37,633 bases of DNA from an uncultured Phycisphaerales bacterium (GCA_938084645.1 CALKEP010000075.1:1-37633); one strand, 5' to 3'. Shown: positions 8,930 to 17,949, numbered from the stretch's first letter. Numbers and translations: made by a program. The notes: generated by a model not told the origin, from the sequence alone.

Positions 8930-10008
8930 CCGATCCGGCTCCGCAGTCGCTCGATGACTATCTCGAATCGAGATTCGTACCGACGGATCCCCCGGGCTTC
9001 GATGTGGACCACCCGGACGAGGTGCACGTCGACTGGTGGCGGGATCATCACGATCGACATGGAGGGTCGGTTTCGTCGCTGCTGGCGGCGCTGCCCCAGT
9101 TCGAGATCGAGATCGCGGAGGCCGCGTCCGCATCGGACGCGTACGCCCGACTGGTGCGCCGAATGGAACCCTCCGACGGGTCGATCGATGCCGCGTCGGT
9201 CTTCGATGATCCGAACGGCGTCTCCTGGCGGATCGAGGCGCATCCCGCGGGAGCGCTTCCCGTGGTCGTCCTCGAGGCCCGCGAGGATTTCGAGCGTGCG
9301 TATCGTGCGCTGGGCGCGCGATGCGAACCCGTGCCGGTGGGTCGAAAGGTCCACGCGCTCTACGTGAGCGGACTCCCGAGCCCGGTTCGGGCTCGCGCCG
9401 CACGGTCGACCTTCCTCGCGTCCGGAAACGACCCCGCCGACTGGGCCGCGGAGATGCGGCGACGCCGTGCAGTGGACGCCACCAGTTTTCATGATCGGCT
9501 GATCCTGCTTCACCCCGCGCCGTATGCCGGGCTCGCTCCCTCGGAAGTCGGTGACGAGTTCGATGCGGTGACGTGGACCGCGGCATCGATGCGGCTCCGG
9601 CTTGAACACGAGTTCACCCATCACGCGACCGCCCGACTGCTCGGCAGCTTCCGCCTGCACGTCCACGACGAGGTGATCGCGGATCTCATGGGATACGGGG
9701 TCGCGATCGGTCGGTTCGAGGCCGATCTCTTCCTGAAGGGGTTGGGCATCCGAAACCGTGACGTGACGTCCGACGCCCGCCTCTGGACCTACGTGCAGAC
9801 GCTGGATCGATCGGCCGTGCCGGCGCTCGTCGAAGTGCTCGAAGCGGTCGCGGGAAATCTCGAGCGAGCAACGGAAGGTCTCTTCGCGGAGAACGGAATC
9901 GATCGAATCCGGTTCATCCGTGAGATCGCGAGGTACGATCTCCTGACCATGGCGACGCCGGCATGGTCGATCCCGGGTGGATACGACGAGAATCCTGACC
10001 ACCCATGA
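8926..10008 (+). CDS. Uncharacterised HExxH metalloprotein within the lanthipeptide operon
   Basis: RLEHEFTHH...HDEVIAD; ATGA overlaps with both neighbours; no signal peptide. The coding call is strong, the function unknown. Confidence 0.75.
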   Translation: MTDPAPQSLDDYLESRFVPTDPPGFDVDHPDEVHVDWWRDHHDRHGGSVSSLLAALPQFEIEIAEAASASDAYARLVRRMEPSDGSIDAASVFDDPNGVSWRIEAHPAGALPVVVLEAREDFERAYRALGARCEPVPVGRKVHALYVSGLPSPVRARAARSTFLASGNDPADWAAEMRRRRAVDATSFHDRLILLHPAPYAGLAPSEVGDEFDAVTWTAASMRLRLEHEFTHHATARLLGSFRLHVHDEVIADLMGYGVAIGRFEADLFLKGLGIRNRDVTSDARLWTYVQTLDRSAVPALVEVLEAVAGNLERATEGLFAENGIDRIRFIREIARYDLLTMATPAWSIPGGYDENPDHP

Positions 10009-13000
10009 GAAAGCAAGAGATGAAATCCGAAACTCGACCGAGGTTCTGCGATCACGTCGGGCTCGATTGGGCGATCATCGAGGGGAGTCTCGATCTCCCG
10101 GAACGAATCGCCCTGCATCGCGAGGCCCCCGAGCATTTCATGCCGGACCACGCGCGAGCGTCCGAGGCGTCTCGTCGATGGAGAGACATGCTGGGACGAC
10201 CGGAGGACGGCGTGCTCCACGACCGGCTCGCCGATCTGGGCATCCGGGAAGAGGACTTCGTCTCGGTGGTGGGAGCGGTGTCCCAGGACGCGGCGGGGTC
10301 GCTCCCGCACCATCCCTGGATGGACGTCGCGGCCGAGGTGGTCGGTTGGCGCGGGCCGTGCGGCGAGTCGGGATTGCCGCTGGCGACGTTTCTCCGTTCG
10401 GACGACGAGAAGCCGATCCCATTCGAAGACGGACTGGTGCCGTGGGTGGACACGGCGACCGATCGCCTGCGGGCGCGGCGTCCCGACGTCGACGAGTCGC
10501 TCGGGCCGGAACTTCTTCGAAATCAGCAGCGTCGACTGCTGGAGGGGCTCGCGGTCTTCGCTCGGGACGTGAACATCACCGATCTCGATCGCCATCGGTT
10601 AGGCAGGTACAGCGACAACGACTACGCGATCGGTCTGTTCTCGACGTCACCGCCGCGAGACGCGTACATCGCCACGGTCCGCGAGATGATCGGCTCGCAC
10701 GCCGAGGCCTGGATGAGAAGGGTTCCCGCCCTCGCCCGGCTTCTCGCGACCCGTGCGGATGCCTGGGCTCGAGGTCTGGCCGAATTCGTCGAACGACTGG
10801 AGACCGACCGGGCGATCATCCGCCGCGAGTTCGCGGGTGGCGTCGATCCGGGCGCGTTGACCGAGGTCTCCTTCGGATCGGGTGACAGTCACAACGGCGG
10901 TCGGACGGTGGCGATGCTCCGTTTCGAATCCGGGCTTCGACTGGTCTACAAGCCCCGACCATGCAGCGTCGACGTCGCATTCCGTTCGATCGTCGACGCG
11001 GTGAACGAATCGCTCGATCCCGAACTCCACCTCCGCGTCCCCCACACCATCGACCGGGGGATCTACGGCTGGGCTGAATTCATCGATGCGAAGCCGTGTC
11101 GCGATGGCGATGCGATCGGTCGTTTCTATCGTCGGATGGGCGTGCTGCTCGCGGTCATCCATGCCTTGCAGGGAAACGATTTCCATCTGGAGAACGTCAA
11201 GGCGGACGGCGAGGATCCCGTGCCCATCGACCTCGAGACGGTGAGCGTGCCGAAGGCGTCGGTGGATGATCCCGCCGACACGCCGGACGCGGCGCTCGAG
11301 GTCATCCACCATTCGGTCTTGCGCACGTTGCTGCTCCCGAACGCGATGGGCTTCGGCCACGATCGGCAGTTGCGCAACATGGGGGCGATCCAACTGGAGG
11401 CCGAAGCGGGCCGGCATCGCGTGGTGAGGCGGCTCCTGCACGTCAACACCGACTTTCAGCGCTGGATCACGGATGCCTCCGGAGGCGAGAAGGAGACGAC
11501 GAACTCGCAGGTCTGGGCCGAGAACGGCGACACGATTTCGAACCAGGCGCAGCAAGCGGCGATCCGGGCGGGTTATGAGATCGCATACCGGTCGATCCTC
11601 AAACGATCTTCACGATGGTCCGCGGACGATTCGCCGGTGGGCGAACTCGACCAGGCGTGGGTCCGGGTGCTCAATCGCGCGACGAACGTCTACATGCGAC
11701 TGCTGCTGGAATCCTGCGCATGCGGCAGTCTCGCCTCCGGCGTCGATCGCTGGATCGCGCTCGATCGGCTCGCGCTCTACTTGGAGAGAGGTGTCGGCGA
11801 TGGTCGCTCAACGGCCGTCGAACTGATCGCCGCAGAGCATGCCGCCCTCTTCGACGGCGACGTGGCCTACTTCCTCGCGGCGGGCGCGGGGCTGACCTAC
11901 TGGGTGGTCGATTCGGAGTCGGGACGTCCAACGGAACTCCCGAACGCAGTACTGTCGTCTTCCGCGGTCGAATCGGCCCGTTCGCAGGTCGAGCGGATGG
12001 GCGCTGATGATCTCACGATGCAGCTGAAGCTCCAGGGCGACGCGTATCAGACCACCGTCGCGAGCCTTGATCGCATCCTTCACGAGAGACCGTCCGATCC
12101 GGGCGGTGGTGAGTTGGAGGCGCTCGGCTCCCAACGACCGCTTCGCGAACTCGTGGTGGAGGCGTTGGACGCGATCGTCGATCAGGCGATATCCACCGGC
12201 GGAAGATACAACTGGATCGACCTGTCGCTCGATCCCCAGAGCGAAGCACTTCGACCCTCGCCGCTTGACGCGGGCATCTACGCCGGACGCGGTGGCTTGT
12301 CGCTGCTCTTCGAACGAGCGTATCGGGTGCTGGGCGACCGCCGTTGGCTCGACGTCGCGCGATCAACGCTCGGTCATGAGTTCGCGAGCTGGCAAAATGT
12401 CGCCACACGGGAGAGTTTCTTTCGTGAAGCAGCGAGCGGTCTGCTTTCGCGAGCCGGGGTGTTGGCGGGGTTCTGGGCGATCGGCCGCCACGAGGGACTC
12501 GGGGACCATCGGGAGGCGGCCCGCGAGATCGCGACGTCGATCTCCGACCGGACGATCCGAAACGACCAGAGCTTCGATGTGATCGCGGGGGCCGCGGGCT
12601 ACATCCTCCTCCTGCTCAGGCTCGCTGAAGAGGAGGAGATCCCGGGGGTGCACGACGTCGTGGGGAGGCTCGCCGATCACCTGGTGGCCAGACAGGTGGA
12701 TGACGGTGGGCCCGGCTGGCAGACGTTGAACGCTGATTCGATTCCGCTCTGCGGATTCGGGCATGGCCGGGCGGGCATCGGACTCGCGCTTCTGGAGGCA
12801 GGTCGCGCGTTGGATCGCTCCGACCTCCGGCGATTCGCGATGTCGGTGTTCGAAGCCGAGCACGGATGGCGTGGATCGACGCCGGCGAAGGGATGGCCGG
12901 ACTATCGAAACGTGAAGCCGAGTGAGCGCTCGAAGGCCGTCATGGGTGCGAATCGATGGTGTGCCGGCACCGAAGGCATTGCGCTCTCCCGGGCGGCGGC

Positions 13001-13334
13001 CCTCGCGGTGGTCGACGACCCGCTGCTCCGGGACGATCTCGACTTCGCGATGGAGACCGTCCGTCCGAGCACGGTTCCCGGTCGAGTGCACCTCTGTTGC
13101 GGCCTGACCGGACGGATCCTCGCGCATCAGACGCTCGATCGACTGCTCGACGAACCCGGATTGTTCGATCGAGAGCGATCGATGGAGATCGTGGCGGGTT
13201 CGCTCGATCCCCGGGTCATGCCGGAACCTTCCGTGATGGGCGTGGGACTCTTCCAGGGCACCGGCGGACTGATCTGGACGGCGCTGTCGCTGCTCGAAGA
13301 CGACGGAAGCGATCTGCTGCTTCTGCGTCCCTGA
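10005..13334 (+). CDS. lanM: Class II lanthipeptide synthetase LanM (ProcM-type CCG cyclase)
   Basis: Dehydratase motifs GDSHNGG, LVYKPR, YGWAEFI, NDFHLENV, PIDLET, RATNVY; LanC-like motifs GIYAGRGG, DVIAGAAG, GFGHGRAG, WCAG, LCCG, GLFQGTGG. Confidence 0.95.
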   Translation: MRKQEMKSETRPRFCDHVGLDWAIIEGSLDLPERIALHREAPEHFMPDHARASEASRRWRDMLGRPEDGVLHDRLADLGIREEDFVSVVGAVSQDAAGSLPHHPWMDVAAEVVGWRGPCGESGLPLATFLRSDDEKPIPFEDGLVPWVDTATDRLRARRPDVDESLGPELLRNQQRRLLEGLAVFARDVNITDLDRHRLGRYSDNDYAIGLFSTSPPRDAYIATVREMIGSHAEAWMRRVPALARLLATRADAWARGLAEFVERLETDRAIIRREFAGGVDPGALTEVSFGSGDSHNGGRTVAMLRFESGLRLVYKPRPCSVDVAFRSIVDAVNESLDPELHLRVPHTIDRGIYGWAEFIDAKPCRDGDAIGRFYRRMGVLLAVIHALQGNDFHLENVKADGEDPVPIDLETVSVPKASVDDPADTPDAALEVIHHSVLRTLLLPNAMGFGHDRQLRNMGAIQLEAEAGRHRVVRRLLHVNTDFQRWITDASGGEKETTNSQVWAENGDTISNQAQQAAIRAGYEIAYRSILKRSSRWSADDSPVGELDQAWVRVLNRATNVYMRLLLESCACGSLASGVDRWIALDRLALYLERGVGDGRSTAVELIAAEHAALFDGDVAYFLAAGAGLTYWVVDSESGRPTELPNAVLSSSAVESARSQVERMGADDLTMQLKLQGDAYQTTVASLDRILHERPSDPGGGELEALGSQRPLRELVVEALDAIVDQAISTGGRYNWIDLSLDPQSEALRPSPLDAGIYAGRGGLSLLFERAYRVLGDRRWLDVARSTLGHEFASWQNVATRESFFREAASGLLSRAGVLAGFWAIGRHEGLGDHREAAREIATSISDRTIRNDQSFDVIAGAAGYILLLLRLAEEEEIPGVHDVVGRLADHLVARQVDDGGPGWQTLNADSIPLCGFGHGRAGIGLALLEAGRALDRSDLRRFAMSVFEAEHGWRGSTPAKGWPDYRNVKPSERSKAVMGANRWCAGTEGIALSRAAALAVVDDPLLRDDLDFAMETVRPSTVPGRVHLCCGLTGRILAHQTLDRLLDEPGLFDRERSMEIVAGSLDPRVMPEPSVMGVGLFQGTGGLIWTALSLLEDDGSDLLLLRP

Positions 13335-13336
13335 GT

Positions 13337-13969
13337 TCAGGCGTCGTCGGAGTCGGCGGACGGCGGATCGGATCGCATCAGGCGGCATGCCTCCTCGAAG
13401 TCCTCCGGGGTGTTCACGTTCCAGAGCAGCAGTCGCTCGCGATCCGCGAGCGGGACGCGGGTGGCGTCGGGACCGAGTCGTTCGACGAGGTGATGCACGG
13501 CGCGATCGCCGGCGTCGAGCATGTCGCGCACGACGTCCAGGCAGTCGCTTCCGATCCGACAGGGCAGGCCACGCACCCGTGGTTCCGACGTCGAGGTGAA
13601 GCACGCCATGCCGTCGTCGTCACCCACCAGCAGGCGAGCGAGCAGGCCGGCGGGAAGAAGCGGCAGATCGCAGGGGACGATCAGGTATTGCGGGGAGATG
13701 TCGCTCGCGAGGGCGGCTTCGATGGCTGCGAGCGGACCGGAGTCGGGGCGCAGATCCTCGATCGTCTGGTGACCGGCCATGCCGTGCGGCGAGCCCGCGA
13801 TCACGACCTGCCGGCAGAAGCTCGCGAGCGTGTCGCGCATGCGTTCGATCATGTTGCGGCCATCGGGAAGGATCATGCCGCCCTTGGGGACGCCCATCCG
13901 TCGGCTGGCGCCCCCGGAGAGGATCACCGCGGCGTATGGCCAGGGTTTCGGTGGTTCGAGACTGATCAC
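13337..13969 (-). CDS. mobA: Molybdenum cofactor guanylyltransferase
   Basis: VILSGGASRRMGVPKG, GPLAAI, VPCDLP, NVNTPEDF. GTG start at 13969 overlaps the upstream stop (GTGA). Confidence 0.85.
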   Translation of the reverse strand: MISLEPPKPWPYAAVILSGGASRRMGVPKGGMILPDGRNMIERMRDTLASFCRQVVIAGSPHGMAGHQTIEDLRPDSGPLAAIEAALASDISPQYLIVPCDLPLLPAGLLARLLVGDDDGMACFTSTSEPRVRGLPCRIGSDCLDVVRDMLDAGDRAVHHLVERLGPDATRVPLADRERLLLWNVNTPEDFEEACRLMRSDPPSADSDDA

Positions 13970-14541
13970 GCCGGCGTTTCCGGCGAGGTGGCGACGACCG
14001 GGTCCGCCGCTCGCTCCGCAAGCACCCGGGCCGCGAAGGCCGCGCCGTCGACGCATCCTTCACCGGGTGCACGAACCAGTGGACGGGGCCCGTCGCCCGA
14101 TCGTTCCACGGTGATCTTCGCGCCGGTGGCGAGCCTGCCGGGTTCGAGCACGCGGGCGTACATGCCGATTCGATTCCAGAGGATCCGCTTGAACTCCGGG
14201 GAGATCGAATCGAGCACGTAGCAGGGGGGCCGCACCCGGGTGATCTCGAGGGCCACGCCGCCGTCGAAGGAAAGCCGGTCGCCGACGGTCAGGAGCTGGA
14301 TTCCCACGCCGGAGACCGTGAGGTTCTCCCCGAGGTCGCCGGGACCGAGCCGGATTCCGGTCTCTTCGGCGATCGCATCGACGAGTTCGAGATCGATCAG
14401 GGAGATCGCCTGGATCGGGGTCCGGTGCTTCTCATGATCGTGCCCGTCGCCTTCGATCCCGGCGGCGCGCACCGAGGCGGTGGGAATCGCCGTCTTGGGG
14501 ATTCCGCCCGGCGAAAGGTTGATGGAACGAAGCACCGACAT
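13966..14541 (-). CDS. MOSC domain protein (YiiM-like)
   Basis: GIEGD, GDLGENLTV, VGDRL, LEITRVRPPC (conserved Cys), GMYARVLEPG. ATG 14541 preferred over GTG 14547. Confidence 0.88.
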   Translation of the reverse strand: MSVLRSINLSPGGIPKTAIPTASVRAAGIEGDGHDHEKHRTPIQAISLIDLELVDAIAEETGIRLGPGDLGENLTVSGVGIQLLTVGDRLSFDGGVALEITRVRPPCYVLDSISPEFKRILWNRIGMYARVLEPGRLATGAKITVERSGDGPRPLVRAPGEGCVDGAAFAARVLAERAADPVVATSPETPA

Positions 14542-14547
14542 GTCCAC

Positions 14548-14553
14548 ATGGTA
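14548..14553 (-). promoter_or_regulatory. Putative -10 element (TACCAT) of a leaderless MOSC-mobA transcript
   Basis: TANNNT hexamer 6 nt upstream of ATG 14541; no Shine-Dalgarno. Confidence 0.45.
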
Positions 14554-14596
14554 CGCCCGCGACCACGCCTGCCCCGCCTCGAATCTCGACCTCCGG

Positions 14597-14602
14597 TACG
14601 CT
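14597..14602 (+). promoter_or_regulatory. Putative -10 element (TACGCT) of a leaderless SDR-ALDH transcript
   Basis: TANNNT hexamer 7 nt upstream of ATG 14610; no Shine-Dalgarno. Confidence 0.45.
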
Positions 14603-14609
14603 CATCGCC

Positions 14610-15413
14610 ATGAATCCGACTTCCATCGACTTCTCGCTCGCCGGCCGTCATTCGGTCGTCTGTGGCAGCACCCAGGGCATCGGCCGGGCGATCGCGGAGG
14701 CGTTCGCGGCCGCGGGATCGTCCGTCACGCTCGTCGGCCGCAACGAGGACGGCCTCGAACAGGTCCGGTCCGCCTTGACCGACGCCGAGGGCCAGCGGCA
14801 CCGGACGCTCTGCGTCGACTTCTCGGATTGGCGGTCCGTCCAGGCCGCCGCCGACCGGCACGCCGCCGAGCATGGTCCGGTGCACGTCCTGATCAACAAC
14901 ACCGGCGGCCCTGCGGCCGGATTCGCGGTCGACGCGGAGCCGACCGACTTCCTCAAGGGCTTCGAGATGCACCTCGCCTGCGGACAGTCGCTGGTGCAGG
15001 CATTCGCGCCGGGCATGCGGGAGGCCGGCTACGGCCGCGTGATCAACATCATCTCGACGTCGGTGGTGACGCCGATCAAGGGGCTCGGGGTGAGCAACAC
15101 CATCCGGGGTGCGGTCGCGAACTGGGGACGCACGCTCGCGGTCGAGCTCGGCGGATTCGGCATCACGGTGAACAACATCCTGCCTGGCTTCACCGACACC
15201 GCCCGGTTGTCGTCGCTGTTCGAAGGCAAGGCGCGTCGGGGTGGCACCACGGTCGACGACGTCCGGAGCCAGGCCGTCGCGGGGATTCCCGCGGGTCGCA
15301 TCGGCGAACCGGCGGAGATCGCCGCCGCCGCCCTCTTTCTCGCGTCGCCCGCGGGTGGATACGTCAACGGCGTCAATCTTCCGGTCGACGGCGGTCGGGT
15401 GGTGCAGTCATGA
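14610..15413 (+). CDS. SDR-family oxidoreductase with atypical active site
   Basis: VCGSTQGIG Rossmann motif, LINNTGG, ITVNNILPGFTDT, VNGVNLPVDGG; SNTIR in place of YxxxK. Confidence 0.88.
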   Translation: MNPTSIDFSLAGRHSVVCGSTQGIGRAIAEAFAAAGSSVTLVGRNEDGLEQVRSALTDAEGQRHRTLCVDFSDWRSVQAAADRHAAEHGPVHVLINNTGGPAAGFAVDAEPTDFLKGFEMHLACGQSLVQAFAPGMREAGYGRVINIISTSVVTPIKGLGVSNTIRGAVANWGRTLAVELGGFGITVNNILPGFTDTARLSSLFEGKARRGGTTVDDVRSQAVAGIPAGRIGEPAEIAAAALFLASPAGGYVNGVNLPVDGGRVVQS

Positions 15414-16885
15414 ATGGAGTCCCGGAGACCATGATCGAGATCACGAACCTCCGGTCGGGGCAGATGCTCGAGCCGTCGATGCAGCCCGAGCGGATGCCGG
15501 TGGTGAACCCGGCCACGGCGCAGACCATCGCGACGGTCCCGGTCGGCACGGTGGAGGAGGTCGACCTCGCGGTCGCCGCGGCCCGCGAAGCCTTCTCCGG
15601 TTGGAGCGGGCTTCCCGCGATGGAACGCGCGGCGTGTCTCAACCGGCTCGCGAACCTGATCGAGGCGAACGTCGACGAGCTCGCCCGGCTCGAGACCGAT
15701 GACAACGGCAAGCCGCTCGCCCTGGCCCGCGATCTCGAGATCCCGCGGGCGGCGTCGAACTTCCGGTTCTTCGCGGGAGCGATCCTGCACGCGAAGTCCG
15801 AGGCGTACGACCTCGGAGGCATGGGGCTGAACTACTCGCTCCATCGTCCGCGCGGCGTCGCGGCGTGCATCTCCCCCTGGAACCTGCCGCTCTATCTCTT
15901 CACGTGGAAGATCGCGCCCGCCCTCGCCACGGGAAACACCGTGGTCGCGAAGCCGAGCGAGATCACGCCGCTCACCGCGTACCGACTCTCACAGCTCGCG
16001 ATCGACGCCGGATTCCCGCCGGGGGTCTTCAACGTCGTGCACGGCCGCGGCGAGGTCGTGGGGCAGCGACTGATCGAACATCCGGACGTGCCGACCATCA
16101 CCTTCACCGGCGGTACGTCCACCGGGGCCCGGATCGCGGCGACCGCGGGGCCGATGTTCAAGCGGATGTCGCTCGAACTCGGCGGCAAGAACGCGGTCGT
16201 GGTCTGCGAGGACGCGGACCTCGAGACCGCGATGCCGACGATCGTGCGTTCGTGCTTCCAGAACCAGGGCGAGATCTGCACCTGCGGATCGCGGATCCTC
16301 GTCCATCGGGATCGCATGAAGGCCTTCGTCTCCCGTTTCCTCGATTCGGTCGCGGGACTCAAGGTCGGCGATCCACTCGACACCGAGACCGACATGGGGC
16401 CGCTGGTCTCCGCCGACCATCGGGACAAGGTCGAAGCGGCGATCGAACGGGCGAAGGCCGAAGGCGGCACCGTCGCCTGTGGCGGCGGTCGCCCGAGGCA
16501 CCTGCCGGATCGGGTCAAGGACGGGTTCTTCCTCGAGCCGACGGTCTTCATGGGACTCGACCAGGACTGCCGGACCAATCAGGAGGAGATCTTCGGTCCG
16601 GTGGTGACCATCCAGGGCTTCGACACCCACGGTGAGGCGGTCGATCGGGCCAACGCGACGCCGTACGGACTCGCCTGCTCGATCTGGACCCGGGACCTCG
16701 AACGCGCCCACCGCATGGCCGCCCGCGTCGAGGCGGGAATGACCTGGGTGAACGCCTGGATGCTGCGCGACCTTCGAACGCCGTTCGGCGGCATGAAGCA
16801 CTCGGGGGTCGGCCGCGAGGGCGGCGAGGAGGCCCTGCGTTTCTTCACCGAGACCCGCAGCGTGACCATCGCCCACCCGGGCTGA
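15410..16885 (+). CDS. Aldehyde dehydrogenase, probable 2-aminomuconate-6-semialdehyde dehydrogenase (ALDH8A1-like)
   Basis: SPWNLPLYLFTWKIAPA, AKPSE, FTGGT, LELGGKN, NQGEICTC, EEIFGPV, PFGGMKHSG; kynurenine context; ATGA overlap with the SDR. Confidence 0.88.
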   Translation: MNGVPETMIEITNLRSGQMLEPSMQPERMPVVNPATAQTIATVPVGTVEEVDLAVAAAREAFSGWSGLPAMERAACLNRLANLIEANVDELARLETDDNGKPLALARDLEIPRAASNFRFFAGAILHAKSEAYDLGGMGLNYSLHRPRGVAACISPWNLPLYLFTWKIAPALATGNTVVAKPSEITPLTAYRLSQLAIDAGFPPGVFNVVHGRGEVVGQRLIEHPDVPTITFTGGTSTGARIAATAGPMFKRMSLELGGKNAVVVCEDADLETAMPTIVRSCFQNQGEICTCGSRILVHRDRMKAFVSRFLDSVAGLKVGDPLDTETDMGPLVSADHRDKVEAAIERAKAEGGTVACGGGRPRHLPDRVKDGFFLEPTVFMGLDQDCRTNQEEIFGPVVTIQGFDTHGEAVDRANATPYGLACSIWTRDLERAHRMAARVEAGMTWVNAWMLRDLRTPFGGMKHSGVGREGGEEALRFFTETRSVTIAHPG

Positions 16886-16952
16886 ATCGTTCGGTTCACC
16901 GACCTGAAGCACACCACGGGCTCGACCCCGAGACCCGTCCGACGGAGCCATC

Positions 16953-17387
16953 ATGAGCGCTGATTCCGATCGCATCGACTCGCAGGCCGCCCCCGAACCG
17001 GTGGGGGCCTATCCGCACGCCCGTCGGGCGGGGAACCTGCTGTTTCTCTCCGGCGTCGGTCCGCGGAAGCGCGGCTCGAAGGACATTCCGGGCGTCACCC
17101 TCGGCGCCGATGGCGAGGTCGTCGCGAAGGACATCGATGCCCAGTGTCGGTCGTGCTTCGACAACGTGAAGGCGATCGTCGCCGACGCGGGCGTGCCCTG
17201 GGCGAACGTCGTCGACGTGCTGGTCTTCCTGACCGACATGAAGAACGACTTCAAGGGCTACAACGCGGTCTATGCGGAGTACTTCGCGGGCGAGGGGAAT
17301 CCGAACCCCACGCGGACCACCATCGAGATCAACGCCCTGCCCACGCCCATCGCGGTCGAGGTCAAGGTGATCGCCACCATCGACTGA
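16953..17387 (+). CDS. RidA/YjgF family protein, probable 2-aminomuconate deaminase
   Basis: PVGAYPHARRAGNLLFLSG, VFLTDM, PTRTT, IAVEVK; downstream of the semialdehyde dehydrogenase. Confidence 0.85.
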   Translation: MSADSDRIDSQAAPEPVGAYPHARRAGNLLFLSGVGPRKRGSKDIPGVTLGADGEVVAKDIDAQCRSCFDNVKAIVADAGVPWANVVDVLVFLTDMKNDFKGYNAVYAEYFAGEGNPNPTRTTIEINALPTPIAVEVKVIATID

Positions 17388-17397
17388 GTACGGAGCC

Positions 17398-17949
17398 TCA
17401 GCCGGCGCTCGCGTCGTCGAGTCCGGGCTGCGCCTTGAGCGAGTCCTTCTCCTCTTCCTTTTCGAACAGGAAGACGTGGTCGGGGACCGCGGTGAGCAGT
17501 CGGCCGTCGGCGGTGTAGGCGTAGGTGTAGTGCGCGGTGCCGCCGAGTTCCGAGGTCGGAAGGACGATCTCGAAGTTCTTCGCGGTGACCCGGCGGTAGA
17601 CCGGCTTGGCGGTGAAGCCGCTCGCCTGCTCGATCGGTGGTCGGTCGCCGAGCGTCGCGATCAGGGCGTTGCCGTCGGCGTCGCTGGGGAGCTTCCCGTC
17701 GTTGGACTTCGACCAGCCGGTGATCCCGGCGGCGGCCCAGTTCGCGACGGGCTGGAGGAGCGAGTCGGTCTGGACTCCGGTGGACCGCGAGTTGGAGGTC
17801 ATGGTCTCCTTCGCGCCGTCCATGAAGGTCACCGCGACCGCGAGTCCGGCACCGATCACCGTCGCGAGGAGTACGACGAGCACGATCACCGCGTTGCCGC
17901 GGCGGAGACGAAGGCGGGACTGGGGGGTGGAGCGAGTGGCGAAGTTCAT
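17398..17949 (-). CDS. Hypothetical membrane-anchored protein with prepilin-like N-terminus
   Basis: Basic leader ending RRG, then hydrophobic helix NAVIVLVVLLATVIGAGLAVAV; fills the gap between RidA and kynB. Confidence 0.65.
   Translation of the reverse strand: MNFATRSTPQSRLRLRRGNAVIVLVVLLATVIGAGLAVAVTFMDGAKETMTSNSRSTGVQTDSLLQPVANWAAAGITGWSKSNDGKLPSDADGNALIATLGDRPPIEQASGFTAKPVYRRVTAKNFEIVLPTSELGGTAHYTYAYTADGRLLTAVPDHVFLFEKEEEKDSLKAQPGLDDASAG

Noticed and set aside
1..13334. Proteusin or azole-containing peptide cluster (other NHLP-leader classes)
   Set aside because: No radical SAM or YcaO gene in the window; LanM is the only recognisable maturase. Upstream genes are unseen.
16916..16938. 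Hairpin ACGGGCTCG-ACCC-CGAGACCCGT between ALDH and RidA
   Set aside because: Single occurrence, no U-tract, and such stems are common at this GC content; not called as a terminator.
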